Positions 38,001 to 50,697 of a stretch of 64,000 nt of DNA are shown piece after piece. A program made the position numbers and the translations under genes. The stretch's first letter is position 1. The number at the start of each line of letters is the position of its first letter. A model generated the notes under the pieces. It was given only the letters and a program-made list of their open reading frames with translations, was not told the DNA's origin and did no database searches. Source of the DNA: Owenia fusiformis (taxonomy: Eukaryota); assembly GCA_903813345.2 (NCBI GenBank), contig CAIIXF020000001.1:44454001-44518000 (forward strand), in the 5' to 3' direction.

Positions 38001-40763
38001 ATGGTTAAACCTTTGGCCCCTCCTACCTCCAAGCCTGTGGCCAGCCAATCTGGGGGTGCCACTAACTTAATACTCTCAGGAAGCCACATGAATACCCAGC
38101 CACACTTGACAAAAAGCGTGACAAAAACTAAACCAGCTCAGACACCTGGAATACATCTCATTCAAAGTGGGAAGAATTTATCGGGCTCTCAACTTCGCCT
38201 CACTGCTCCTCTGCCACAGCCTATAGGCAAACTGGCAAATCATACAGGATCAGGTTTACTCCTTGGCAAACCTGGCACCTCTACTGCTCAATTTATACCT
38301 CTCGTGGCTTCTAGTTTACCCTCAGGATCTGTATCAGCGTTTGGCAACCTTCCACGCACTGTCATGAGTGTTATAAAACCAGCAACTTCAACAGGTTTGT
38401 TGTCACCTGGTAACATAACCAATAAGCCCTCTGTTGGCCCAGGTGCGGTATCTTTACTGACAGGCTCCTTAAAAGGAGCAAATCAAAAAATGAACATTCA
38501 GGGAACAAATATTGTGTCATCTGCTGAACAAATGCGCATAATGTCATCAACTGCATGTGTATCCATGACAAACGTATCGAGTAATTCCAAACTGGTAACT
38601 CGTGTGTCAACTGCCAAAGCTGGATTGAGACCCGGAGTGGCAGTTAATAGAATCTCAGGCTCTACCCCTCTCCCAGTAGCTCCAACGAGTGACTCCCAAC
38701 TCCTTCGAACAATACTTGACAACAAAGCTCTTCTTGGCTCACATTCCCTCATTCATCCCACTGCTGTTAAGTCCAAGGTGAAAGACAGGGCACCATATAA
38801 ATACAGAACTCCTACCCCTCCCCCTCAGGGAGATAACCATGTGGTACCTGCTAATGATAAGGAACCTAGTCATACTAAATCCGATACAAAAGTTCAAACC
38901 CCGACTCCAATGTTAACAGCTAGTGTGGGTAATCAAACATTAGTTTTGAAACTACTACCGGATCAACAGAGTATCAATTCAGCAACCAATCAAATCGTCC
39001 TCTTGCCAACACAAAGTAACTCGGGCAATAAGTCACATGTTATACACAAACCAGCTGTGTTAAAACCTAGCACCAATCAGGCGACAGCTCCTCAAAAGGG
39101 GACGTTGAAACCTCAACAGACCACATATGTGATAGCCAACTGTGGCGCTCCACCTGTGCATGTTAAACAAGAACCTAGTTATGGAGAGAAGATTAACAAA
39201 CTCAAGGAGAAGATGGAGTTAGAGGCAAAGAAAAATGCAGTTCATATTCCTAAACCCAGGGACCAAAGTCTATGGTGAGATATTACATTGCCTTTTAGTA
39301 TTGTGATATTGAAGGTTATTAAATAGGAGGGTTTATATAAATGATATACTTAACATGTATATTTTCAAAGGATGACTTACTTTATATGTACAAAAGCACC
39401 CATTATATATAACGGTAACTGATTTATCCCATAATTATTGAAATCAAGAATGAGATATTATAATTGAAAAATCTCAATTGGAAATATTTTCCACACCATA
39501 AATGTTTTACACTGATGTACATATAACACTGGTGTACATATAACACTGTGTTCATATTATGCTGGCTTTCATTTCATGTTATTTCATATTAGTGTTCTGT
39601 TTACCTTAGTGTTCAACATACATTGATGTCCAGCTTATACATGTGTCCAGCTTGTACATGTGTCCAGCTTGTATATGTGTCCAGCTTATACACGTGTCCA
39701 GCTTATACATGTGTCCAGCTTATACATGTGTCCAGCTTATACATGTGTCCAGCTTATACATGTGTCCAGCTCATACACGTGTCCAGCTTATACATGTGTC
39801 CAGCTTATACATGTGTCTTGCTTGTATATGTGTCCAGCTTGACCATGTGTCTAGCTTATACATGTGTCTAGCTTATACATGTGTCCAGCTTATACATGTG
39901 TCCAGCTCATACATGTGTCCAGCTTATACATGTGTCAAGCTTTCAATGTGATCATTATGTATAGGTGCTTAATGCCAAATCTTTCTTTATTACAGCTTAC
40001 AAAATGTTGAGAACATGGAATGTCTTGTAAAGATGCTTGTGAAACAACACCCTCTCATAGATCCTGAAGCAAACAAAGGTGAGGGAATTTTTTCACAAAA
40101 TAAAAATAATAAATAATAAAAACAGCTTCAAATAATTTTTATGTTACTACCACAAGTGATGACATATTATGGTCTCCAACTTTTTTGCGGATGGTGTTCC
40201 GCGGTCAGCATCTATTACAAATGGCGGGTAGTGACATTTTGCATGTTACTGTCTTGTTTATTTGAGTATTCTAGAAGGGGGTCTGTTGTGAACTCATTGG
40301 CGATAATGCTTATTTGCATTTTACTTCCTTTCAGAATACAGTTTACACCCTTATTGTGCTGCTACTAAGGAAATGTTTTTCAAATGGAATGTTGGGAAAC
40401 GACGTGCTGCAGAGGTAGGTCTATGTTTTGAATGTCCAGGAAGTCCGTATCATAATCGTCACACATATACACTATTATAGCCAAACCTTGTTTGCAACCT
40501 TTCTCAAATATCTTGCCTATATTGATGTATATTACAGCGAAACATTTGGGGTGATTGGCCATGGGCCTTTTATTTTCTACATTTTAAAATAATAGTTTTC
40601 GCTCTTTTACTCCAGTGGCATCGTGCTGTGTTTGTCCGTAAAAAGATCTTGATGTTGTTAAAAACCCAACCAAACCCTCGTGAACTGAATGGAGAAAGTA
40701 TCTGGAAGACATATAAAATTGTGAAATGGTGCAGGCGCCATCTATTCACACCTCTTGATTATG
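26021..40763 (+). CDS. YEATS2: YEATS domain-containing protein 2 (ATAC complex subunit), 3' end not found in window. Exons 26021-26120, 26277-26374, 26883-26972, 27148-27351, 30271-30383, 30667-30828, 31134-31245, 31550-31594, 36978-39274, 39996-40078, 40335-40414, 40616-40763
   Basis: GT-AG exons in compatible phases encode [103 protein letters not shown] and WCRRHLFTP, all characteristic of YEATS2. Confidence 0.95.
27411..28284. mobile_element. Tc1/mariner-type foldback MITE, TA TSD
   Basis: TA|CACTCCCCTCCATAAGTTTGGCAACC ... GGTTGCCAAACTTATGGAGGGGAGTG|TA. Confidence 0.88.
28807..30235. mobile_element. Unclassified element with a ~145-bp terminal palindrome and 14-bp inner inverted repeats
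   Basis: Palindrome 28807-28951 with loop CGAGGCGGCAGCCGAG; TTATTATGCACCTC (28951) pairs with GAGGTGCATAATAA (30222). Confidence 0.6.
29192..29976 (+). mobile_element. Complete HINE/DINE-1-like Helentron-associated element
   Basis: 5' TCCCAACGAA and its inverted copy TTCGTTGGGA near the 3' end, (GTCC/GTCA)n microsatellite, terminal stem CTCCGCGGAG, ends in CTAGTT. Confidence 0.75.
32143..36323 (+). mobile_element. Full-length Chapaev-type (CMC/RAG1-related) DNA transposon, 4181 bp, 4-bp TSD TAAC
   Basis: TAAC|CACACCAT ... ATGGTGTG|TAAC; inverted subterminal 16-mer TTAATCCCTATGCAGA at 32177 and 36210-36225; encodes a transposase. Confidence 0.88.
32700..35543 (+). CDS. Chapaev-type DDE transposase with a RAG1 N-terminal-like zinc-binding (Chapa) domain; exons 32700-33374 and 33558-35543, 886 aa
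   Basis: N-terminus: H-x7-CRLCG...D-x4-H-x4-C-x2-C...W...CxxC. Core: [57 protein letters not shown] phase-0 intron AAG|GTAATT...TTTCAG|TGC joins the two ORFs in frame with no stops. Confidence 0.9.
39627..39940. repeat. 17-bp minisatellite (CATGTGTCCAGCTTATA), ~18 copies, intronic
   Basis: Direct reading; produces periodic spurious ORFs in all three forward frames. Confidence 0.95.
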
Positions 40764-43514
40764 GTGAGTACTATTTTTTTGTTTTTAAATGGTACTGCAC
40801 TTATTAAAATAGTGTCAATGTGTCTTATATGACCTCCATAAACAGTTTTTGCATATTATTACATTGAGCTAACGGTAAAGATGGATACTTCTCAGTAATC
40901 TCCCCAGCATTAGAACTACCATGTGCAGTACCATGTTGAATATCTGTTTGGACCATGTGAAGACAAACGGTGGTTACTCCTCATTTGGTAATCATAAGTA
41001 CAGTGATGTATGAGATGTGAAACACAGGGTTTCTTTCTATATACTGTTACAATAATGGAGGATGAGAAAATGTTTGCAATTCTATTTTCCTATTACCATC
41101 TAATGGAATGATTATTGTTTCATTTAGAGAATAATGAATGCAAAATTGATGATTGTTGTCTAATTATGCGTATGAACAAGTGAAATTCATTTGTGCCAAC
41201 CGGCGATGGATGAAACCAATTTTGCATTTATTATTGTAAATCAACTAGGCAATTCATGATGAATGCAAAAGTGATGAAATCTAGTAATCTGAGGAACAAA
41301 GCTAACATGTCGATTAATTCTAAAAGTACTTAGTTTTCACTGGGAAATAATGAGTTTCGACTTGGAAAACATTGTATTGGATGAAATATTTCTGGTCAGA
41401 ATAACGCAGATGCGAGAAGTTAGTTACCAGATTCCCCACCAGGTGGCTCGTACGGGTCAGATAGCATGTCGGGTATGGTAGAAAGTTCCCTTTTACTTAA
41501 ATTACATCTATTTGCGTGGTTCAATTTTCATATAACCCTTATGTATCTAATAGTTATAAAAATTAAAATATGTCCAGTAAAAGAAAATGCTGTAAGTCCA
41601 ATACGAGAAAAGATATTTCTTTTTTTGTGATTTTGTAACATGGGGTCTATGGGGGATCAACCCGAACAAGAAGTCACATTTTTAAAAAAATTAAATTTTC
41701 AAAGTTGATAGACAATTTTCGAAACCATATTTCTTGATGAACTTTTACATGCAGATTTCAAATATGACATCGCTTTGACTGAATTTTGAATTCTGTGCCA
41801 TGGTTGAACTTAGAGTTCTGTGCCATGGTTGAACTTTGAACTCCTCTTGATTGTTGAAAGTTGTTTTCGTGGGAGCTCTGAAACAATACTTTAGTATCAT
41901 ATTGAATAAACATAAAAAACAAATTAACAAATAGTATTTTTGATATATATTTCTTTATAAAACTAATTATAAGTTGATTGTTCTACATGGATTAAACTGA
42001 TCTTTGCATATAACACCACTTTCGTCTTATGATGATTATTACAATTTTCTTGGGATTTCTATCCAACTGAGACTAATAGCCATACATTTGTTGTTTATGA
42101 ATTTTATGAATAGCAAGGTTTATCGCTCCAACAGAGCTACAATTGTTGGTTGTATAAGATATATTCATTGTCTGGTACCAACTATTCTCTTGAAGGGATA
42201 TTATAGGCTTGTATACCACAATCTATAAAATGGTATTCTGGTCGCCATGGTTATTAATTCATTCAAGATTTAGGGACCGTGTCAACATTTTGATTTTCCA
42301 AAGTATAATTAATTACATTTTGGATTAAGCTCCTTCCTCTCCCAGTAAAGATAACATTTTTTGATTTCATCAAATTAACCATTTAAACACAGATGGAGAC
42401 TGACACAATGTTATGGATCTTTACTTTCTCCTATGAATTGTAATAAATTATGTTTGTTGAATATCAATGTTATATTGGAATATCAATACCTCTGTATGGA
42501 GCTTGTCTGTAGCTTGTTTGTATTGAGAAATATGAAAAACTCAATGTCAATAAAAAGTGCATTGCATCTACTTTCCTTGTATATTTTCATTATAATACTA
42601 TAATGGCATGAGTACAGTTTGCATATACTGTGAATTGATTGCATAGCTTTTTGTAAAGATTTCTAATGTTATCTTATGATAATGAATTTAACTCTTACTA
42701 TATATTTACATGTTATGATTATGTGATTTGCTAAACTCCATAACAATGCTTTAAAGTGGCATCAAAGGGTAGAATGTGTAAAATGTTTGGAGCAATCTTT
42801 TCAATAACCAATGTAAATGTTTACAAATGTTACAAATCCAAATTTCAATATTTGAAACAGGATTTAGGATATCTGATCAAAGGAGGTAATTAAAGATATA
42901 GAAATTCCTTAATGCTTGAAAATTGAAAAATATCAATTTGTTTTAGAATGAATGCAAGTTAACATTAAACTTTTGGACTTAAAGGAAATTATAACTTTTG
43001 GATTTATTCTATCCTTTAGTGCTCCTTTATGGCTAAACCTAGGAATACATGTTATGGTAATACTAGACTGTAAAGTTGGTGTTTGATTGCCATTCTGATT
43101 TTAAGCCCTTTGTGTAACATAAGTTTCTCTCACAGTGCTGAAATTACAATCTAAATGCTAATATAATATCATCTTAATAGAGTATGTGTTTGACAGGAAC
43201 AAAATAAACGTTAATGCAATATTAACCTCTTGGATACCAGCGACATAACAAAAAGTGTAGCACTATTTTTCACCTGAGTTGCTTTGGCCTTTTCAATGTC
43301 TATTCAATTCACATAATTTTTGATTTAAAATGTGTGTATTGGGTCTGTGTTTACCATAACCATTCTGAACATCACAAATTGTTTATTCAGTGAAAAAATG
43401 GGAATCGTGGCAAAATTTTAAAGATGCCCAGCTGGTATCCAAGGGATTAAAAAGTCACAGTAAACCCTTGAAGCTGCATTGTTAGGTCATGCCTAATTGT
43501 ACCAATGTTGGTGT

Positions 43515-45734
43515 TTATAATCCTGTTTCTAAAAGATAGGTGGCAGTTGGTTTTGGTTTTGTGACAATGTGTGATTTAGAAGGCACTGGTGGTTTTGCTA
43601 TAGTTACAGGCCTTTTCGTAGGTCCTGGTGTATCATACGTCCTGATTGGCTGATCATAATCCATACAGTCTGTGGACATTGGGCCCTCGTAGTATTTGAA
43701 CACTTTGATGTTTTTGCCATCCGAAACAACCAGCTCACCCTCGGAGTTGATTGCCACATCTTGGGGCTGCCGGATTCCATCATCTGCAGTCAAGACGTAC
43801 CCCTTGAATTTACCATCTGTGGTTATGATATGGATCCTGTGGTTGTTGTAGTCAGCCACGAGGATATCTCCATTCCGATTGGTGCAGATTCCACATGGTA
43901 CATCTAACTGTTGAGGGAGGAATCCCCAACTGCCGTACTGATACAGAAATCTCCCCTGGGAGTCAAACACCTTGATAAAGTGACCCTCAAAATCTGAGAC
44001 AATGATGTCGTCATTTTTGTTGACGCAGACATACTCTGGACACATAAATATCTGATCTTCCCCTGGTTCGGGGATCGAGTACAGGAGGCCTCCTTCGGCA
44101 TCATGGACCTTGACACATTTCTCTTCAATATCAGTGGTGATGATTTCACCTTTACGATTGGTTGTGATGCCCCAGGGGGTCTTCAGATGTGGGCACAATG
44201 TCTCAATAAACTTCCCATCCAGATTGAACACTTTGATGCCACAAACTCCATGCGCTCGATCTGTCACAGCTATATGTCCATTTTTCAAGACACATACATC
44301 CCATGGGTCTATGAGTTTATTAGAACCTTCTGGAGCTAACTCATTGATAAGTCGTCCCCGCTTGTTGAATATTTTGATCTTTTTATTTATATCGTCAATA
44401 GCTATAATCTCATCTGTATCAGTGACTGTGATACTAGTTGGCTTGCACCCCATCTTGTCATTCAAAGTCTTTGAAGTAAAGTTAGATACTTGTTCAGACT
44501 TCAATGTAGACCCCATTGGAGATAAAGGGGATGGTAAAGGGGACTTGGTTTGGACAACAACTTTTGGTACTGCAATCTTTGTCTCAATTATCCGACCAGA
44601 GAATTTCTGTAGATCATTCTGTGTGATATGAATGTGAGAAAATTTCAGTGACAATTTACGGTTGATTTTCTCTGGATTGCAAACTTCGAAATGTGGATTT
44701 CTTTCAAGGATATATTTCTTCATGTGGACTATTTCATCAGGTTTTCCTTGTTTGACTAGCCTGTCAATAAAAGCCTCCGTTGCACGTAAAGATGCCAGCT
44801 GACTGTCATAGGCCTCCTTGTATGATTCTATTTGACTTTGTTCCCGAGAGCAGCACGAATCTAGTTGCTCTATGAGTGTCTGTGAACATGCATCAATCAT
44901 CTGATGCATCTTTTGATTTCTATTGTTTATCTCTTTAAGAAGATGTTCTTTGCTATCCTGAATGTCACTTTCATATTTTGTTATGTTAATAATTGCATCC
45001 TGGTAAGCTACCACTTTTGAGTTGACACAGTCTCGTGAACTTTTGATGAAATCACGGTCTCTTTTGGCAGTATCTTTCAGTGGTACACATCTGTGTAGGG
45101 TATGATCAATTTCTCTACATTTGGCACATATTGGTTGGTCGCACTGCACACAGCACATGTCTATAATATCATCTGGGTGTTCCCAGCAGGCAGAGTCCTG
45201 ATTTGCTCGCGTTTCATCCACGTATGTTTTCCTTAAAGATGTCCGTTTAGCTGCTCTAGAATGTAATGACACCACTTTGTGAGAATTTGTTATCTTCAAA
45301 CTGTCATGGGCGCGACGACAAAATCGACACAGATTGTGGTTACATTCATGACATTCATACATAGCAATGTCAGACTCACAATTATTGCACTTCTGAGGAA
45401 CAACTATACATGGCATGTCATCAACATTACTCAATTTAGGATCAAAGTCAGGAGTTTGTAAAGCAATCAGGAATATATTATCTGGTATTTCATCCAGTCC
45501 ATGTTCGCTTAGCTCAACTTCATTGCTACATATCGGACATTTCAATTGACCAGGTTGTTCTGAGATGACATCAGATGTGTCCTCATAATGAATACAGGTT
45601 TCAAGGCAGTCATGACAGAATGTATGCAGGCAGGGGAGAAGTTTGGGCTGCATGAGCGGCCCATGGCAGATTGTGCAACACAGCAGTTCATCTTTTGTCT
45701 CCTTCTGGAGAATATCAGGCAGGAAACTATCCAT
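43515..45734 (-). CDS. TRIM-NHL protein (RING, two B-boxes, coiled coil, NHL repeats; TRIM2/3-like, no filamin repeat seen), 739 aa, single coding exon
   Basis: RING CTIC..LPCLHTFCHDC..CPIC; B-box1 CNNC..CHEC..CRFC..H..H; B-box2 CWEH..CVQC..CAKC..H..H; NHL repeats (PWDVCV, PWGIT, PEYVCV, PCGIC, PQDVAI); splice acceptor at ~45784 just upstream of the ATG. Confidence 0.93.
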   Translation of the reverse strand: MDSFLPDILQKETKDELLCCTICHGPLMQPKLLPCLHTFCHDCLETCIHYEDTSDVISEQPGQLKCPICSNEVELSEHGLDEIPDNIFLIALQTPDFDPKLSNVDDMPCIVVPQKCNNCESDIAMYECHECNHNLCRFCRRAHDSLKITNSHKVVSLHSRAAKRTSLRKTYVDETRANQDSACWEHPDDIIDMCCVQCDQPICAKCREIDHTLHRCVPLKDTAKRDRDFIKSSRDCVNSKVVAYQDAIINITKYESDIQDSKEHLLKEINNRNQKMHQMIDACSQTLIEQLDSCCSREQSQIESYKEAYDSQLASLRATEAFIDRLVKQGKPDEIVHMKKYILERNPHFEVCNPEKINRKLSLKFSHIHITQNDLQKFSGRIIETKIAVPKVVVQTKSPLPSPLSPMGSTLKSEQVSNFTSKTLNDKMGCKPTSITVTDTDEIIAIDDINKKIKIFNKRGRLINELAPEGSNKLIDPWDVCVLKNGHIAVTDRAHGVCGIKVFNLDGKFIETLCPHLKTPWGITTNRKGEIITTDIEEKCVKVHDAEGGLLYSIPEPGEDQIFMCPEYVCVNKNDDIIVSDFEGHFIKVFDSQGRFLYQYGSWGFLPQQLDVPCGICTNRNGDILVADYNNHRIHIITTDGKFKGYVLTADDGIRQPQDVAINSEGELVVSDGKNIKVFKYYEGPMSTDCMDYDQPIRTYDTPGPTKRPVTIAKPPVPSKSHIVTKPKPTATYLLETGL

Positions 45735-48700
45735 AATACTGGTTTGTTGCTATGGTATCATCAGCTGGTTGCTATGGTAGCACCTGAAAGTAAACAGTGA
45801 TATTAATTTTAGTTGACACTTTTTCATACTCAAGTAAATTAAGAATTTGACAGTATGTGCATGTTTTAGGATAAAAAGATATGCATTTTCTATAGATATT
45901 TCAAAATATTTTAAAGAGGCCACCCATTCAGATCAATTTACTAAAGCGTTTCAAAGAAATGTGGCAGCTAAGATTTTTATCATTATAGATCAAATTAGGT
46001 TTTTCAGTGAAGGTTGTTCTTGAAAAAAACCCAGTAAAATGTTGCATGTAAAGTAAAACTAACACAGTCTGTTTAGCTAAATATTAAGTGTCCAGATACC
46101 ATGTGAGGAGATTTTGTAATTTAGAATGTCATATATTTATTTCTTTGCTACTTTACTTTGACACTTTGTATATTGAATGCTAATGGATACACTGTTGTAA
46201 AATACTTGATGAGGAATGTCTGAAAATCTGTAAGATATCATGGCTTTAGGGACCAATGCAAAGGTTCCATGTAGCAGAGCTAACTAAATTTTGATAGTTA
46301 ACACCCAGAACCCCTTCCCCCCTCCCCCTGTTAACTAAATATGAGAAATATTGATCCTCGCAGCATTTTCAAAAGTATATCCAAATGCACTTGAGTTCAT
46401 CATATCGGCCTAATGTGGAGTAAACTGAGATAAATTATCCATGTCAAAATGGGTAAAAGTAATCCTTTAGGTAGCTTAAAGTGAGAAAGAACCTGGTGGC
46501 TTCTCACTTTGAGAATTTGGTTGTGGTTTTGTGGTTAAATATGCCATATCTTATTAATTAAATAGAGTGAATATATGACATGTGCTTTAGAAAAAACATT
46601 TTGGTACACTATACTGTTGTTGTATGTATTTGACATGTTTGTGATTTATTAAATTGATATTGTCAAAGCAGTAATTTCATTTTTGAGCTAGATTTCAATC
46701 AGGAGCTATTGTCCTTAAAATTGCCCTTATAAGTGAATCTATGCAAAGCAAAGGACTTATATTTCAATATTTCAGGACCTTTAATCCCAGGACCTTATGC
46801 CCTTCAGCCTTTTGCTGAATTTAGCATTAAGTGTTTTCTTCAAGAATAGCTTGTTAAGAACCATACACAATATAATGTCTTATCATGTGGTGAGTCATAC
46901 AATAATACAATCAATCGTTTCGTATCAAGGTTCACAGCAGTGAAATTTTAACATCATATAAATGATAAATTTTATATGGTTTCATTGTTATTGTTGATTT
47001 TATACTGGTACCTGATTTTTTGTAACATTTTTTACATTGTACATCATTAGATAAATTGTTAATACCATTTTTATATACCTACATGTAACATAATATAGGT
47101 GTTTTCTTTTATATGTAGTCTAGATGTCATTTTAATGATTTCTGTTAAACCGCAACATATACCCACTAGGGTGTCTAGCGGCTTGTTTTTTATAGTGTAT
47201 ATTATATAAGAATTATGAAATAAATAAAAATTGAATTGATTTTTTGTGCTATTCCACTTCAAGCAAAATGTAGATTCATAAAAAATATATTTGATTTGAT
47301 ATCAGGTGTTATTATACAGATTCATGAAAACAACAATATTAAAGGAAGCTGTGAATTATAGTAACTTTAAATCACAATACTTCATTTAAAAACATAAAAG
47401 GTAGCACTTAGTCAACCCATACTTGCATTCCAGTTTGATTTTCAATCAAAATCTATACATCTGAAATCCAAGATGTCGTTATCCATAATACTGGTGACAA
47501 TTATTGAAAAATACATTTACACATACCTGATGGTGGTGTCTCTGCTCAATTTATGCCAGATATAAGTACAGTTTTACCACATGCAGGAACAGTTATATTA
47601 TAATGGCATTTTCCCATTACATTATCCATGTGCTTATTAAGGTCTACCTATGTATTATAAGTGTATATGCATTGTTGACTCACTAAAGCTTTACTCAGCA
47701 TGGTAGCAGCGTGTGAAAGTTGTGGATTTAGAAATCAAATCCATGTTTCAGTTTCAGTAAGAACTGTTTCAGTTTTGTATATTTGTTCCCTATGCTATAC
47801 AATGTACCAGACTACAGGTTTATTGTTGTAGAAAATCACATGTTATTGATTGGTAGACTCTATGTTTAATGTGAACTTTTGTACCTAGATGTCATATTGA
47901 AAATCAATTTATATAAATAGTACGAGTTGAGAGATTTAATACTTAAGCCTTGATAAGATAAAGGATGATTATTTGGGTCACTTTAACTAACCTAAGATAA
48001 AAAATAACATTAGTCTCAAAATAGCGATCTTACGCAATCTTTTAAAATGTTGATCTGAAAGGTTCGTATTGCTATAAATCTTCTACCTATGCTATACAGT
48101 CTGATGCAGCCCTTTTGACACAGTCAGTTTTCTTTTATGTTTACATGATTATCATTTGAATGGAATTTATATGAAAAAACAATATATGAATGATATCCTT
48201 CTAAAGTCATTACGGTCCACTAGTTTGATGTTTAATATATATGTTTTTCTGCCTTTAATTATAATTTGTGTCATGTTTTAAATATGCAGAGCATTTTGGC
48301 TGTTATGGGTGGAAATTGAAAGGAAATTAAGCTTATAGCAATCATCAGGGAAAACAGTGATTATTTAGTTATTGAAACCTATGTATATCTCACAGAGAAC
48401 AAATCGCTTAAACTTACGAAACCCAGAGGAAATGTTTCTTTAGAAGTTAATATAAACATCAAAAACTTGAACACAATATCCCTCTCTGGAGCCATTCTCC
48501 TGTCAAAATTACAAAGTGTTTAGACCCGGGTAGTGTCAGATATATCTACTGTCAGATTACTCTTTCTAATAAACAATATCTTGTTTTGTGTCCTTCACAT
48601 CTTGATGTGCATTTTTGCTATTTGAACAGAATAGTAGTTTATTGTGTTATTAGCAGGTATATAGTATATACAGGTGTAAATGAGATCATTTTCTTTGATT

Positions 48701-49079
48701 ATTAAACATATACCATATACATGTACATGTACTTTTTATTTGTTTGTTTATGAGAGAATAATACTGAGCCTATAGTGTACATTGATTCAATAAAAAACTC
48801 TTACCTTATTGCTATTGTCACATGAACATCTTAACAACGACAATATTAGGACATCATCAATATACTATTATGTCTTTGGAAGTAAGGTGCATGTAATATT
48901 GCAGATAAGTTAGTATGCACGAAGAATAATTCAAACATGACCGTGCTCTATTTGAATTTCTAAACCAATCAGAATGCAGCATAGCCAATAATGAACATTC
49001 ATTATTTCTCCATACTGGCACGACTGTGCTCTATTCAATCCCCAATTCTCTGAATGATTTTTTTTATGTTTGAATTGGA

Positions 49080-49232
49080 ATAAATAATGATAGGCGATTC
49101 AATATGGTGAAATTCTACACTCGTTGGACAGAATGTCAGTACAAATGCACTCACCTTTGGTTCATGCTTTATATGATATTCTTACCAACTCATACTGAAT
49201 TTCACCATATTGAATGTCCTATCATTATTTAT
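49080..49232. repeat. ~150-bp imperfect palindrome (hairpin-ended element type)
   Basis: AATAATGATAGGCGATTCAATATGGTGAAATTC ... GAATTTCACCATATTGAATGTCCTATCATTATT. Confidence 0.65.
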
Positions 49233-50297
49233 TTCTTAAGGAATTGATATTCACATCAAATTCACATGAGTCATCATGGTTATGAATGGAAGTATATATT
49301 AATCCAATATATAAAATCAATGTTATCCTTCGTGGACTTTAAGGTACAATTGCATTAACATTGAATTATAAATCCATAATTTTGAAACATTCAGTGAAAA
49401 ACACCAGTTCTCCAGATTAATGAATGTGCTGTAGATCTTAAATTGTGGCTAAGTTTGTGTTTATCTGATTATTTTTGTTCACTTCTTGTATATGTTTTCT
49501 ATCATTACTACCATCTGTTGATACTTTGAATTTATGTTTTAACTGACAGAGACTTCTTTGAGTACTTATTCGACTTTTATTAACTTCTTATTCACATTTT
49601 TTAAAATTCACATTTTTTTACAGAATTTGTTTTTTTCTTTCATTTTTTTCATTCATAAAATGAAATAAAACTGATGCTTAAAGTTGCAATAAAGAATAGA
49701 GAGCATAAAATAGTATATGTCAATTTTCCCCTCCAAAATCATTCCCAGATAATATTAAATGGCAAACCTTGATATCAAATGATAATAATGAATTAGAGCC
49801 AGTGTGTTAGGGCTTTTATTTTCGGAAATATCATGCTGTAAGTAAAAAAAAAAATATATATATAGAATAGCAGCATTATATAGTAAAATATTTTTAAAAG
49901 TTGCCATTTGCTCATTTATCTTTGTTACCCCTTTAAGTTGAAAGTGAGCTTGCTTTTTGTGATAAATCCTTGTTAACACTACCTAGCATTGTTCTTGCTT
50001 GACAGATCCTTTGCACAGCTTCTTACATGACTCAGATTCCTTTGAAATTGAAACATTCCAAAACAAATATATAGTCCAGGAGTAAACAACTGAAACACAT
50101 TAAATTCTCAGAAATTTAGCTGGCCATAAATATTGTGTCAATGACAGAACAGATTATCTTAATGTTTCAGTTTGAAATTCTATATCTCTGTTCATATGAG
50201 TATACTAGTAGATAGAATATCTGTATCAGCTATTTGAATGTGAAAGCAACTTTTAATAAGTGTAGTTCAATGCAGAGTTTTTACATTTCAATTAGAC

Positions 50298-50697
50298 CAT
50301 AGGCATAGCCATGGGGGGGGGGTGCAATTGGCGATCGCACCCCCCCCCTCCCATAACCAATAAAATATAACCATGAGAAGAAAAGAGCTTTGGAATGCTT
50401 TTTATTTGAAGCTTCTAGCTCAATTGATTATGAAGGAAAAATTCAAGATACAGTAAATCTTAATTATTGGCTTTTTATGCCACAATCGCATCCCCTGACT
50501 GAAAATAGAATTTTTTGGGCGATTCTGTAATGTTTATTTTATTGAACAAATTGTTCCTCCAATTGATAATTTTGTGCAAAAAATTTCACTGCAATTTCCA
50601 CAGGAAAGTAGTACATCATAACAGACTGACTTCTAGTCAGTCTGTTGGATACATACTACCCCCCCCCTGCACTGACTGAAAGCTGGCTACGCCCCTG
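50298..50697. mobile_element. 400-bp MITE, CA..TG ends, 5-bp TSD TAGAC (hAT5-like, tentative)
   Basis: TAGAC|CATAGGCATAGCCA ... TGGCTACGCCCCTG|TAGAC, with G/C homopolymer tracts. Confidence 0.65.

Noticed and set aside
39623..39951. Cys-rich repetitive ORFs or a CRISPR-like array
   Set aside because: 17-bp head-to-tail minisatellite with no unique spacers; intronic and eukaryotic.
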